Below, piece after piece: positions 7,461 to 17,697 of a stretch of DNA of 37,125 bases. The stretch covers positions 1 to 37,125 of IMG/VR virus record IMGVR_UViG_3300033067_000034. One strand, written 5' to 3'. The stretch comes from a virus. Its lineage: Duplodnaviria; Caudoviricetes. A program made the position numbers and the translations under genes. Under the pieces are notes generated by a model. It was given only the letters and a program-made list of their open reading frames with translations, was not told the origin of the DNA and did no database searches. The first letter of the stretch is position 1, and each line of letters opens with the position of its first letter.

Positions 7461-9862
7461 TATTTCACCAATGCGTTTTGGATTTCAGATTCTTCAGGGC
7501 GCAGCATGTTGCGCTGGAAGGCGCGGGTTTTTGGACCCTGACCACCGCGCTGCACTGGACGAGCTTTGCCAAACTGTTCTTCCAGAGTTTCCAGCAAGTC
7601 CATCATTTGTTCACGCTTCATCAGGGCATCCTGACGCAAGCGCTCGTTTTGAGCACGAGCAGCGATGTCTTGGAATGCACGGGCTTTTTCCTGAGCCTTA
7701 GCAATTGCGTCTTGTACCCAGACACGATCTTGCATCTTGGCGGCAATGGCTTTGTCGTCCAGAGCCTTCATGCCGGGCACCACATCGGCCAGATCGACAC
7801 GGGTCTTGTCCCACGCAATCTTCTGTTCGGCGCTCATCAGGGCAGGCGACTTACCTGATGCCAAGATGTCGGCAGCGCCTGACAAGTTCTTGCCGGTGCT
7901 CTCGATGATCTGGATGTCAGGGGTTGCGCCTTTCAGAGTTGAGCTGGCGGGCACCAATTTGCCGGTGACTGGATCGACATCAAACACCTGACCACCCCGA
8001 GCAGGCTGACGGGTTGCTGCGGCCTGTGCGGCTGCTTGTTCCTCAGCCTGTTGGCCCAGTGTGCGAGACATCTGGGCGCGGCGGACATCTTCTGCACGCA
8101 GGGCATTGAGGGTGCCCTCGGCGCTGGGTGCTGGCAGAGCACGCTGAATCTCGATGGGTGCTGGCGCTGGGCCAACACGAGGACCGTACTGTTCACCCAC
8201 CATCACGAAGTTTGGTGGCACAAATGCTTGTTGTGAATAGTCAAACGGCACGACGGCACGGCTCTGTGGAATCGGTGCCATTGGTTCAACAGGAGTCGTC
8301 GGCAACGGAATGCGACGATCCATTGGAACAGCCAGTCGATTTTGCACACTGGGGCGGGTCAACATGTTGGCCACACCTTCGCTGCCCAGACTGGTCAAAC
8401 CAGCACCGACCGCTGCACCTGCGGGTCCACCACCCAACACGAAGCCTGCTGTACCGCCGAAGCCGCCGCGACGGAGGCGCTGATACAGCAAAGGTTCTTT
8501 GGGCAGGTTCAGGTTGGCAATCTCGGGGAAATTGCCTGCAATTTGAGCCACATCGTTCAATGTGCCCGACAATGGTTTGCCTTTTTCCGCCAGCTTTGCG
8601 ATCTGCAACGGATCGACTTGTTTTGTGGTCACGCCTGTCGCACGTTCCCAGTCGTAAGTCTTGGCAATTGCCGTACGGGCTTTACGGAAGTCGCTCAGTG
8701 CTTTGGGGTTGCTGATGTTGCTTTCGATCAGGTTTTCCAATGCGTTGGCGATGCTCAGGTTTGTTTCAGCCACATCGATGTCGATGGGGCTGGCGTTGGG
8801 GTTCTTGAGCACCTGGTTGGCGTCTTTGCGGAACCCGCGAATCTGACCCACCACGTTTTCACCAGATAATCCGTCGGCAACCTGAGAGGTCACACGGTCC
8901 ACGACAGCGTTAACTTTGGCAGCTTTCTCAGGGTTACTGGTGGACAGTGGGTCCAGCTTCAAACCACCAAGCTCACCCAACACATCGTCGGATGCTTGCA
9001 TCACACCGATCTTACGAATGGTGTCATAAGGTGCAGAATGTGATGCGCGGGCCTTTTCAAAGGCTTCTGCGGTCAGCGGGGTATTCTCGGGCAAACCCAA
9101 ATCCTGTCGGGCCAATTCGTTCCACTTAGGCATGTTGGCCTTGGCCGCTTTGGCGTTGACGACAGCTTCACCCGTAGCACCGACCAACATTTTGGTCTTG
9201 ACGTTAGGGTTGGCCTCAGCAGGATTGACTGCGACGCCAAGACGCTGGGCAGCCTGAGCAGCCTCAATCTGAGGAGCACGCGCCCAGTCTTTCGCAGATG
9301 CCTGTTGTGCAGCGGCCTCGGCACGCTGGGCAATCTTGGCACCAGCCAAATCAGTGACAGCGCGAGTGGCTGGTGCAATGCCGCGCTGAAAATCGCCCAA
9401 CACGTTCATGGGTACGCCTTGCAGACCTGTACGGGCCAAAGCGTTACCGATGTCGCCAACATACTGTTGACCGGCTGCTGTGCGAGGTTGGTAGAACTGT
9501 TCCTGCATCCTGCGGCCAGTTTCTTCACCTGAGCGAATGCCAGATTGCGTACCGAATTGACCACTGGTCAAAGCACCGTAAATCTTAGACGCTTCGACAA
9601 CGGGTGCAGTCAGCGCACCCACGGCCAGCGCAGGCACTGTTTCAATAGCACCCATGACCTTTTGACCAAAAGTGAAATCCTTGGGGACAGGTGCCGTGGC
9701 GGCAGGAGCCTTGACGCTGGAGCCGGGGATCTGGTCAACCAATGGGTTGCCGGTAACGCGTGGAATTGACCCCGAGGCCAGATACGCGTCAGGATCAAAC
9801 GCTAAGGGTGCAAACGATGGTGCGCTTTTTGCCAAGTACGTATCGGGATCAAAGCCTGCCAT
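7460..9862 (-). CDS. Large internal virion/DNA ejection protein
   Basis: Last of three Ala/Gln-rich genes after the tail genes; ATG 9862 sits just after the previous stop; duplicated FDPDxYLA at the N-terminus. Confidence 0.6.
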   Translation of the reverse strand: MAGFDPDTYLAKSAPSFAPLAFDPDAYLASGSIPRVTGNPLVDQIPGSSVKAPAATAPVPKDFTFGQKVMGAIETVPALAVGALTAPVVEASKIYGALTSGQFGTQSGIRSGEETGRRMQEQFYQPRTAAGQQYVGDIGNALARTGLQGVPMNVLGDFQRGIAPATRAVTDLAGAKIAQRAEAAAQQASAKDWARAPQIEAAQAAQRLGVAVNPAEANPNVKTKMLVGATGEAVVNAKAAKANMPKWNELARQDLGLPENTPLTAEAFEKARASHSAPYDTIRKIGVMQASDDVLGELGGLKLDPLSTSNPEKAAKVNAVVDRVTSQVADGLSGENVVGQIRGFRKDANQVLKNPNASPIDIDVAETNLSIANALENLIESNISNPKALSDFRKARTAIAKTYDWERATGVTTKQVDPLQIAKLAEKGKPLSGTLNDVAQIAGNFPEIANLNLPKEPLLYQRLRRGGFGGTAGFVLGGGPAGAAVGAGLTSLGSEGVANMLTRPSVQNRLAVPMDRRIPLPTTPVEPMAPIPQSRAVVPFDYSQQAFVPPNFVMVGEQYGPRVGPAPAPIEIQRALPAPSAEGTLNALRAEDVRRAQMSRTLGQQAEEQAAAQAAATRQPARGGQVFDVDPVTGKLVPASSTLKGATPDIQIIESTGKNLSGAADILASGKSPALMSAEQKIAWDKTRVDLADVVPGMKALDDKAIAAKMQDRVWVQDAIAKAQEKARAFQDIAARAQNERLRQDALMKREQMMDLLETLEEQFGKARPVQRGGQGPKTRAFQRNMLRPEESEIQNALVK

Positions 9863-9863
9863 G

Positions 9864-11147
9864 TCACATCCCCAGTCGTTGCTTGATGGCTGCTGCACGA
9901 GGGTCAGCAGGGTTGGAGTTGGCCCATTTTAACGCTTCTTGGTCCATCGGCGCGAGTGGTGGTTTCTCAGGACCACCACGTTTCTTCGTAGTGCCAGCTT
10001 CCTTAGCGTTCAGGTATTTCTGGAAACCTGTCAGCTTGTCTTCGATGACTTTGGCATTGTCACCCTCAGCAGGCAAGAATCGTGCAAGAGTTGCCGCTTC
10101 GCCCGCAGACTGGGCTGTACCGGCACGCTCTTTGATGACACCGGAAACCACGTTGAACACGAAAGCACGGGCTTCGTTTTCATCGGATGACGCAAGACGT
10201 GCGCGTGCCGATTCGGGCATGTTGCCGGTAACCCACCCAAATGCATCAGGCGTAGATTTAACAGCATCGAGTGCGCCTTGCACAGTCGCTTTTTGCTGGT
10301 TAATCGACATCTGCTCTTTACCCACAGCCTCCGAGGGTTTGGCGGTCAACGGTTGGAACCCGCCGCCAGGAGCCACGGCCATGCGAGCTGTGGGCACTTC
10401 ACCCTTCTTGAGCTTGGACGGCAGTGCGATGATGTTGCCTTGACCATCTTCTTGATATACCACACCTGTGGCTTCTTGAGCAAGTCTGTCCTGAGCAACT
10501 TTGAGCTGACCTTGAGACACACCCAACTGACCCTGCGCCGTCTTCTCAGTTGACAAATTGTGACGCACGGTTTCCGAATGAGTAATGAAATCTTTCATCC
10601 CCATTGCGTTTGCCTTTTTCCAGTCTTGGAACTTCTTGGGGTCCGTGGGGATCTCACCAATCGCTTGTTCCAACGGCACATTTGACACCAAAGGTTTTAA
10701 AAAATCGTTCTGATACTGTGACGACAACCACTGAGCCGCGGCTTCTGGGGTATTCACGTTGGTCAACAGATTACGGTAGTACTCAGTCGTTTTGACAGCA
10801 CCTTCGATTTTTGTTTTTGCCAAAGTAGCTGCTGCCGAAGCACGATCAGCTTCTTTTTTCAATGCGTCTGGAATCAGACCACCTTGACCCGCTGCCGCAG
10901 CGCTTGCAACGAAACCTGACATGTCAATGCCGCCAGTTTTTGGGTCAAAATGTTTGGCGTACAGCTCATTCGCAACCGTTGCTGCTTTATCCGCACGCTG
11001 CGCTGCACCCAGTTGGTACTGGGCCAATGCGTTTTGATTCTGAGCCTGTTGAATAGCGGCAATCTTGCCGTAGTTGGCCAACGGATCTTGCATCTGCAAT
11101 TCCGTCGAGGGTTTGAAACTCAGCGCGATATTGGGATTGATTGGCAT
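9864..11147 (-). CDS. Putative DNA ejection protein
   Basis: Ala/Gln-rich helical sequence; ETVRHN motif; position in the podoviral ejectosome cluster. Confidence 0.6.
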   Translation of the reverse strand: MPINPNIALSFKPSTELQMQDPLANYGKIAAIQQAQNQNALAQYQLGAAQRADKAATVANELYAKHFDPKTGGIDMSGFVASAAAAGQGGLIPDALKKEADRASAAATLAKTKIEGAVKTTEYYRNLLTNVNTPEAAAQWLSSQYQNDFLKPLVSNVPLEQAIGEIPTDPKKFQDWKKANAMGMKDFITHSETVRHNLSTEKTAQGQLGVSQGQLKVAQDRLAQEATGVVYQEDGQGNIIALPSKLKKGEVPTARMAVAPGGGFQPLTAKPSEAVGKEQMSINQQKATVQGALDAVKSTPDAFGWVTGNMPESARARLASSDENEARAFVFNVVSGVIKERAGTAQSAGEAATLARFLPAEGDNAKVIEDKLTGFQKYLNAKEAGTTKKRGGPEKPPLAPMDQEALKWANSNPADPRAAAIKQRLGM

Positions 11148-11156
11148 ACGTGATCC

Positions 11157-12197
11157 TTACGCAGTGGCTTGTCGTTGCATCAGTGCTTGTTGAAGCAATG
11201 AGTTTTGAGCCTGCTGGTTGGAATAGTTCAAATACTGGTTGATGCCGCCGGTCAGAGCATTTGCGCCACCAATGTAACCGGACGCACGGGCATTTGCTGC
11301 ACCTGTGGCTGCTTCACCTGCGTTGGCTGCGTAATTAGCACCCAAGCTGCCCAGATTTTGCGCCGTGGTTTGACCGACACCAGCCAAAGATTGCAATGGG
11401 TTCAGTTGTGCAGCACGCTCGGTCTGGTAGCGGTTAAATGCGTTCTGGTATTCCTGCGAACCCATTTCCTGACCGTATCGTGCAGCAGCTTTCAAAGCGC
11501 CGCCCGAAATTTGACCACCTCGAATTGCAGCCATCCGATCCAATTGCTTTTGCCCTTCGGACAAACGAAACGCATAACCGGGGTCAGCTTGAAACTGAGT
11601 CATGTCGAACTTTTTATAGTCCGTCAAAGGAATCAGTTTGTTCAGTGCGGTTTGACCAGCCAGCATCCAAGGCATCTGGTCTTGTCGAGTTTGCTGATAT
11701 TGCTGGTTCAAGAGATCGGCGCTGTACCGAGCAGCGTCTGCTTGTACATCTGCTGCTCTGTTTGCGGCGTTTGCGCCAATTAGCGAATTGCCAAGCATAG
11801 CGGCAGGCGTCAAATACGACGACAAACCTTTACCGGACAACAGGGAACTTGCCGTAGTACCGCTACCAGAAGCCAGTGCTTCAAATTCAGCGCCGCTAAT
11901 CTTGCCTGCGTTAAACGCATCAACGGCTTGTTGACCGGTCATACCTGCACTGCTACCACCACCGAAAGCACCAGCAACTTTGTCGTAAGCGGTGCTGTAA
12001 TTGGCCAAGTTGCCTTCAAGCGCACCATAGCCGCCGGAGCCAAGTTGTGCAAGTTGGCCAACAGTTGAGCCCAACTGCTTTTGCGACCCCTCGCTGGTCA
12101 GTTTGGATGTGATTGCAGAGGAACCGGGCAGATAATAGTTACCTACCAGTACAGCCGCCGATTCTGCGGTATCTCGAAGTTTAGTCCACAAGCTCAT
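11157..12197 (-). CDS. Putative DNA transfer/ejection protein
   Basis: FQADPGYAFRLSEGQKQL…SGGALKAAARYGQ..GSQEY pattern typical of podoviral DNA transfer proteins. Confidence 0.7.
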   Translation of the reverse strand: MSLWTKLRDTAESAAVLVGNYYLPGSSAITSKLTSEGSQKQLGSTVGQLAQLGSGGYGALEGNLANYSTAYDKVAGAFGGGSSAGMTGQQAVDAFNAGKISGAEFEALASGSGTTASSLLSGKGLSSYLTPAAMLGNSLIGANAANRAADVQADAARYSADLLNQQYQQTRQDQMPWMLAGQTALNKLIPLTDYKKFDMTQFQADPGYAFRLSEGQKQLDRMAAIRGGQISGGALKAAARYGQEMGSQEYQNAFNRYQTERAAQLNPLQSLAGVGQTTAQNLGSLGANYAANAGEAATGAANARASGYIGGANALTGGINQYLNYSNQQAQNSLLQQALMQRQATA

Positions 12198-12207
12198 ATG
12201 CTACCCC

Positions 12208-12543
12208 TTAAGTCACTTCGCGACCAGAGACGCGAATGTTGATAGCGCTGGCCGTACCAGCAATTGTACTGATGAAGTCACCAATTCCCAAGACCTGACC
12301 CACCAGTTCAGGGAATGTGTAGACCTCGGACGGCTGAAGCGTCTTGGTCTTGGTGATCAAGTTTGTATTGCCTGCCGAACCAGCAGTTGTGACAAGGTTC
12401 ACCGAGATCGTGGCGGCTGATGCGCTGATGTTGGTGGCCGTGAACTTGTCGATGATGGCAGTCACACCGGTGGCGGTGTACTGGGTAGTTTGTGCGTTCT
12501 CGGCGTATTTCGCAGGAACGAAGACTTTGACGGTCACTGTCAT
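12208..12543 (-). CDS. Small beta-rich virion protein
   Basis: ATG 12543 with AGGAG RBS; MTVTVKVFVPAKYAENAQTTQYTA…. Confidence 0.65.
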   Translation of the reverse strand: MTVTVKVFVPAKYAENAQTTQYTATGVTAIIDKFTATNISASAATISVNLVTTAGSAGNTNLITKTKTLQPSEVYTFPELVGQVLGIGDFISTIAGTASAINIRVSGREVT

Positions 12544-12545
12544 GA

Positions 12546-13619
12546 TTAAACTCCTTGTAGTGTCGGCACAGAAGCCAGTGACACAGTTAAGATCACAGAA
12601 GGTGTTGCAGGCCGAACTGGACCAGTTTGCGCACCAAGGTATTGAATTGTAGTCGTGGCGTCTGCCGTTGACCACATCAATTCAACGTACTCGTCCGCAG
12701 CCAATTCGATGAACAAATTGAGAGCACCTATCAAGTGGCCATCAATTGCACCATGCTTACTTGGTACGGAAAATTGACTGTTGCTGTCAGCAACATCACT
12801 GCCGTTTTTACGCATCCAGACATCAATATCGTGGACACTTGAGTCTGTATTGACCATCTGAATGCTGAACTGCACGTTGTATACACCGGCAATTTCGCAT
12901 TTAATTTTGGATGCGCACGTCCCCGTAATCGTAGTTGACGCCACGGTTTGCGAAATGCTGACCTCATACGTACCCGTGCTGCCGTCAGTGCCAGTCAACT
13001 GAGACACGATGCGGGTGCCTGCGGTGACGCCTGTGCCTGTGATGGTCATGCCGGGATAGATTGGCCCCGACGTAATTGCCGTCACCGTCATCGTAGTCGT
13101 GGTAATTGAAGCTGTAAATTCGGCTGTGCGATTTTCCAGCGTCACGTTCTTACTGAACTGCGTGGTGTCATACAGAATGGGATACGCTGTGGTTGTTGAA
13201 CCATCAGGTTGGTTGGCGGTGCTGTAAAACGAACCGTAAACATATTGAGGCAATTGCGGCGTTGCAATAGGTTGCAATTCCAACGCTTCAATTTGCTTTC
13301 CCATTTCAGCAACTTGTGACACCAACGACGAGGTGTTGTCTGACAGACCAAAGGCTTCGAGCTGCTTTTGCTGCTCGGCAACCTGGGAAACTAGATCGTT
13401 TACTGAAGGTTGGATGCCCACATCCTGAGCCAGCATCTGAAGCGCGGCGTCGTAAGACGCAATCAGCGACTCGGCGCTAGGTCCAAGATCACCGTCATCC
13501 ACCACCGTAGCAGCGTTCACCAGTGACAGGAAAAACATGTACCACGCCCTGTCGATCAACTTTGTGCGAGGGTCGATCAGCGGCACCCGTGGGGGCGTGA
13601 TAGGCGTGATGTTAGGCAT
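12546..13619 (-). CDS. Tail needle/fibre-like structural protein
   Basis: Follows the gp10-like gene; N-terminal [10 protein letters not shown]…RAWYMFF, coiled coil, C-terminal beta domain. Confidence 0.55.
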   Translation of the reverse strand: MPNITPITPPRVPLIDPRTKLIDRAWYMFFLSLVNAATVVDDGDLGPSAESLIASYDAALQMLAQDVGIQPSVNDLVSQVAEQQKQLEAFGLSDNTSSLVSQVAEMGKQIEALELQPIATPQLPQYVYGSFYSTANQPDGSTTTAYPILYDTTQFSKNVTLENRTAEFTASITTTTMTVTAITSGPIYPGMTITGTGVTAGTRIVSQLTGTDGSTGTYEVSISQTVASTTITGTCASKIKCEIAGVYNVQFSIQMVNTDSSVHDIDVWMRKNGSDVADSNSQFSVPSKHGAIDGHLIGALNLFIELAADEYVELMWSTADATTTIQYLGAQTGPVRPATPSVILTVSLASVPTLQGV

Positions 13620-15051
13620 TGGTCGGACTCAGGATGAGTTCAGCGCCCATGATGGCGATCTTCACAGGATCTGTGCCCGACACCTCATACACACGGTCGC
13701 GCAGCTTCAGGGTCATGCCCATGCGACGCCAGAACACCCGGCGGTAGTATTCGCCGATCTTGCCCATCTTGGCCCAATGCTCATTGGACCATGTGTGGCC
13801 ACCATCGTCCGACCAGCGCAGCATAAGTTCAGGGTCGCTGCCCTGACCATCGTTCAAGCCTGTGCCTGATTCAATGTCGAGTTGCAGGCTGTGCTGCGAA
13901 GTGCGCTTGAGGTTGTTCTGATCGGTGGGCAACGCTCTCCAAGAGCGCAGCCACTTCTGGATGCTACCGTTGTCCGAGTAGTCTTCCAGATCAAAAGCGT
14001 AGATGTTGCCGTTTTCAAAGTCGCCCACGACAACTTTGCCGTTGAACGCCATTTGGCAGTTGCTGCGGTGGCGAGTGAATGCGCCGTTCACAAAACCAGC
14101 ACGTTCATGCCAAGCCTGAGTCGCTGCGTCATAGACCCACGTTGTGTTGGCGGACGGGAAGATCAGGACATAAAAACTGTGGCCGTCTTGCTGGTACGTG
14201 TACGCCACCGCATCCGACATGTCAGCGTATTGCTGGATCTGCCACTCGACAGCGTGAGTCGAAATGCGCACACCAGAATAGCCGTTGGCGCGATACACAA
14301 TACCCTGTCCACGGCGGTCACGACCCAGCCAGAACAGACCGTTGTCCATTTTGGCCACCGAGTACGGCGCGGCAAGGCCCAACTCGTTGAACGCACCCTG
14401 GATGCGCTGGAGAGGGAAATCGGTGGCTCCACTGTCGTACCAGACCTCAATCGAATTGGTGCCAAAAGCCCAAACTTCGCGGAAGTTGGACGCCACGGCC
14501 ACCAGACCGTCAGGAGATGCGGCTGTTTGCTCAAACTCCAGCGGGTCAATCGACGTGCCATCCAAAAAGGCCGTGATCCACATGTGTTGGCTGTTCGGCT
14601 CGTTGAACACAAAGTAGCCGTCCAAATAGCACACAGTCACAGCACCATGGAAGTCGGGGTCAGTGATCTGACCGAACCCGCCTGTGCTGTTGTTGTAAAT
14701 GTAGCTGGGTCCGTTGCAGGCAATGAACAGCTGGGTACCGTTGTCAGCCATGCTGACAGGACCAGTGCCGCTTACGTTGCCGATTTTGGTGGCCACGTAC
14801 GATGTGTTGATCTTGTACAGCTCGGTGCCCGACACCACGAATGCCACGCTGTCATTGGACGAGAACGCCCACAGGCCGCGCACTGGACCATTCCCCACAG
14901 TGTTGAGCAACTTGAGGCCAGGAGCGCGGTTCAAGAACGCAGGCTCTTTGCCAGCTTCCGGCACGATCTCGGGAAACAAGTTGACCATCCTGGCGTCCGC
15001 AGCATTGACGCTGCGTGCCACGTAGCTGGAGCCAAGGATCGGAGATTTCAT
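13612..15051 (-). CDS. P22 gp10-like tail/packaged-DNA stabilisation protein
   Basis: [49 protein letters not shown]. Confidence 0.85.
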   Translation of the reverse strand: MKSPILGSSYVARSVNAADARMVNLFPEIVPEAGKEPAFLNRAPGLKLLNTVGNGPVRGLWAFSSNDSVAFVVSGTELYKINTSYVATKIGNVSGTGPVSMADNGTQLFIACNGPSYIYNNSTGGFGQITDPDFHGAVTVCYLDGYFVFNEPNSQHMWITAFLDGTSIDPLEFEQTAASPDGLVAVASNFREVWAFGTNSIEVWYDSGATDFPLQRIQGAFNELGLAAPYSVAKMDNGLFWLGRDRRGQGIVYRANGYSGVRISTHAVEWQIQQYADMSDAVAYTYQQDGHSFYVLIFPSANTTWVYDAATQAWHERAGFVNGAFTRHRSNCQMAFNGKVVVGDFENGNIYAFDLEDYSDNGSIQKWLRSWRALPTDQNNLKRTSQHSLQLDIESGTGLNDGQGSDPELMLRWSDDGGHTWSNEHWAKMGKIGEYYRRVFWRRMGMTLKLRDRVYEVSGTDPVKIAIMGAELILSPTNA

Positions 15052-15767
15052 CAGTAGTTACCGGCGTAAATGTTGAAACGCTGGCGGTTGGCAACCAGTG
15101 CGTATGGCAAAGCCATCACGTCATCTGGGTTGTTGATGCGCTTGAGGTCGCGCTTGCTGGTCATGGCGATGCGCTGCACCTGCGGGCTTGGCTCCACGCC
15201 AAATTCGGGGGCGATCTCCATCGCCAGGTTGTACGTGAAGGCACGCAGATAACCAGGTGGAAAGTGCAACTCTGTCGCCAGTGTTGCAGGCTGGTCCAGT
15301 TCTTGCACTGACACAAAGTGCCACTCCAAATCCCGTGTGGGGCGGGGATAGATGGACATCGTGACATCGGGATACCCCATGTTCACGAAGATCACTTGAG
15401 GGTAAGTGCTGGTGACGGTCTTGACCGCGATCCCGTCATACTGCTGCTGGTTGATGAACTTGATACCGTAGGACACATTGGTGCCGGGATCACGGTAATA
15501 CGTGGCGTCATCAAACAGCACAGGACGCAGGCCCACGAAATCACCAGATGGTCCCAACGTGCGAACGTACTCACCAGAGGGCCATGTGAAAACTTGATCT
15601 TGGGTGCAGAAGATTGACAGACGCTCGGTGTTCCAGCTGTCAATCATCTGGTTGAGCGCCATCAGGGCGTCTTGGGACATTGCGGCAGACGGCGTTTCAC
15701 CTTCGGCAAGAATGCCGAGCAGTCGGAATGCTCGATTGATTTGATCGCCTGCGGTGTACGTCGTCAT
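15051..15767 (-). CDS. P22 gp4-like head-tail adaptor
   Basis: TAGDQINRAFRLLGILAEGETPS…DALMALNQMIDSW…YNLAMEIAPEFG. Confidence 0.75.
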   Translation of the reverse strand: MTTYTAGDQINRAFRLLGILAEGETPSAAMSQDALMALNQMIDSWNTERLSIFCTQDQVFTWPSGEYVRTLGPSGDFVGLRPVLFDDATYYRDPGTNVSYGIKFINQQQYDGIAVKTVTSTYPQVIFVNMGYPDVTMSIYPRPTRDLEWHFVSVQELDQPATLATELHFPPGYLRAFTYNLAMEIAPEFGVEPSPQVQRIAMTSKRDLKRINNPDDVMALPYALVANRQRFNIYAGNY

Positions 15768-15769
15768 GC

Positions 15770-15961
15770 TCAGACTCCTTCAGATTCAGCTTTGCGCGTG
15801 TATTTGCGCTTCACAACGAGTGTGTTGGCCGCTTCTTCGGGAGCCGAAGGCGTGTCTGGATTGTAGCGCGTCCAGCCATTTTTTTCATCAGCTGCTGCCT
15901 CAAGTTCCATTGTGGCAACTTTGGCACCGTGCTGAGGGTGAATCAGATAAATAACTGCCAT
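15770..15961 (-). CDS. Hypothetical protein
   Basis: IYLIHPQHGAKVA…GW, basic tail; fits the operon. Confidence 0.65.
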   Translation of the reverse strand: MAVIYLIHPQHGAKVATMELEAAADEKNGWTRYNPDTPSAPEEAANTLVVKRKYTRKAESEGV

Positions 15962-15972
15962 GAGGTTCTCTC

Positions 15973-15999
15973 AAAAATGGGGGCCGAAGCCCCCATTTT
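15973..15999 (-). terminator. Rho-independent terminator with C(UUCG)G loop
   Basis: Minus strand aaaatggggg-cttcgg-cccccatttt(t). Confidence 0.75.
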
Positions 16000-16001
16000 A
16001 C

Positions 16002-16412
16002 TTAGGCCAAGCGGTACAGGGTCCAAGTACCATCGCCGGTTTTACGGGCGCGGAAGGAACCAGTTGTACCAGCGGTGGCGGCAATAGTTGCCAAACCAAC
16101 GATAGTCCAGCCAGTACCGGCAGTCATGGTGATGACGCCAGAGCTAGAGCCGTCCACGTTGGTCACGCTGAAGTCGAACGAGCTGTTCACTTTTGCGCTC
16201 GACACGGTTGCGTCCAGGCTGGTGCCTGTGGGCAAAGTGTAAGCAGCAGCGGAGCTACCGGGCGAACCCAGCAAGATGCCACCAGTGATTTGAGCGACTG
16301 TCAGAGTAGCAGTAGCAGTTGCGGTTTGGGGTGCGGGTTGAACGCCGAGAATAACTTCGTTCAGGTTGCCGTCACCGACTTGGTAACCGCCTGCGCCGTT
16401 AGGGAGAGCCAT
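16002..16412 (-). CDS. Putative capsid decoration/minor head protein
   Basis: Directly downstream of coat; Thr/Ala/Gly-rich beta protein; AAGGA RBS. Confidence 0.6.
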   Translation of the reverse strand: MALPNGAGGYQVGDGNLNEVILGVQPAPQTATATATLTVAQITGGILLGSPGSSAAAYTLPTGTSLDATVSSAKVNSSFDFSVTNVDGSSSGVITMTAGTGWTIVGLATIAATAGTTGSFRARKTGDGTWTLYRLA

Positions 16413-16442
16413 GATAATTTCCTTTCAGAGATGAAAACGCTT

Positions 16443-16467
16443 GAAAGGGGGCCGAAGCCCCCGTTTC
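16443..16467 (-). terminator. UUCG hairpin after coat gene (weak terminator or stabiliser)
   Basis: Minus strand gaaac-ggggg-cttcgg-ccccc-tttc; short U tract. Confidence 0.6.
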
Positions 16468-16470
16468 AGT

Positions 16471-17679
16471 TTAGCCCCACAGACGAACGCCCATTTGAGG
16501 ACGGATCGTGCTGTAACCGTACAGAACGTCGATACGGCAAGGCATACGATCGTTGTTGATGTCGTACTGGCGCACAACACGCAGGCTGATGCCATTGTGG
16601 ACAGCGCGAGCGGCCATGTCAACGCCTTGAGGCAGCAACAGGTCGGCAGTAGCGAAGGTGATGGCATCTTTGTGGTACACCAAGTTTTGAGCGTACTGAG
16701 TAGATGCGGCACCCACGAACACGACGGCTTTGCCGGAGGCAGGCAGGCTGTCCACGGTTGCCAGAGCGTTGCCGGACGAGTAGATCGGAGCAACGGTGAT
16801 GTTGCCAGCGCCAGAGCTGTTCAGAGTCACGTCGGCAGTAGCCACGAACTGGAACAAGGAGCCGGTAGATTCACGAGTCTGTGGGTTCACAGCGTAGCAG
16901 TCAGCCACGGTAAACACGTCGCCGATCTTGATGGTGCCAGCATTACCAGCGCCGGTGATGGCGATGGTAGTAGCACCTTCGGAGGTCACAGCAGCCGACA
17001 AGGTACCGCCGGTGGCAGTGCGCGAGCCAGTGGTGAACTGCTTGATCGACTGAGACATGTTGATCTCATCAAAGCCCAACACGCCAGTGCCCATCATGCC
17101 GTTCTTGAACTGCTTGCTGATGGTGTCGGTGGGGTTGAACAGACCCTTCATGCCCTCAACCAGACCAGCGTTGGCGGCAGGGTTGACGGTGGCGTAACGT
17201 GGGGACATCACGGCAGCGTTCTCGTTCAGCTTCTGCTGGGCTTGCAACAGCACCAAAGAAGTCGAAGGAGTGGTGCCAGGGGTGCCGACCGAGTTACCGA
17301 TGGACTTGTATGCGTTGGCAACGTCAGCGTCGATGCTGGAGGCCAGCTGGCTGATACGAGGCTTCAACACACGCTCTGCAAAGTCGTCCAATTGCATGGT
17401 CAATTCAGCAGATGTGAAGTTGACGCCGATGTGCTTTTGGCTGGCCACAGTCAGAGTGGTGTACTGTTCGTTGTCGTCCTGAACTTGCAGGGCGGCACCG
17501 TCAGTCACCAGAGCGCGGTCGGGCAGGCGGATACGCAAAGTAGAACCGATCTTGGCACCTTCAACAGCAAAGCTGTCGTCGTACTGGCGGTTCACGTTGC
17601 GGGTCAACACGAGGTTGTTTTCCAAGATCTCCAGCGATTTGCGGGTGATCATGTCAATGGTCAGAATACTGTTAGACAT
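16471..17679 (-). CDS. Major capsid protein (P22 gp5-like)
   Basis: MSNSILTIDMITRKSLEILENNL…KIGSTLRIRLP…RIDVLYGY; follows scaffold. Confidence 0.9.
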   Translation of the reverse strand: MSNSILTIDMITRKSLEILENNLVLTRNVNRQYDDSFAVEGAKIGSTLRIRLPDRALVTDGAALQVQDDNEQYTTLTVASQKHIGVNFTSAELTMQLDDFAERVLKPRISQLASSIDADVANAYKSIGNSVGTPGTTPSTSLVLLQAQQKLNENAAVMSPRYATVNPAANAGLVEGMKGLFNPTDTISKQFKNGMMGTGVLGFDEINMSQSIKQFTTGSRTATGGTLSAAVTSEGATTIAITGAGNAGTIKIGDVFTVADCYAVNPQTRESTGSLFQFVATADVTLNSSGAGNITVAPIYSSGNALATVDSLPASGKAVVFVGAASTQYAQNLVYHKDAITFATADLLLPQGVDMAARAVHNGISLRVVRQYDINNDRMPCRIDVLYGYSTIRPQMGVRLWG

Positions 17680-17697
17680 GTGAGTCCTTTCAAAAAT

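Noticed and set aside
13882-15057. 391-aa plus-strand ORF
   Set aside because: Antisense shadow of the gp10-like gene; no motifs; explained by codon bias.
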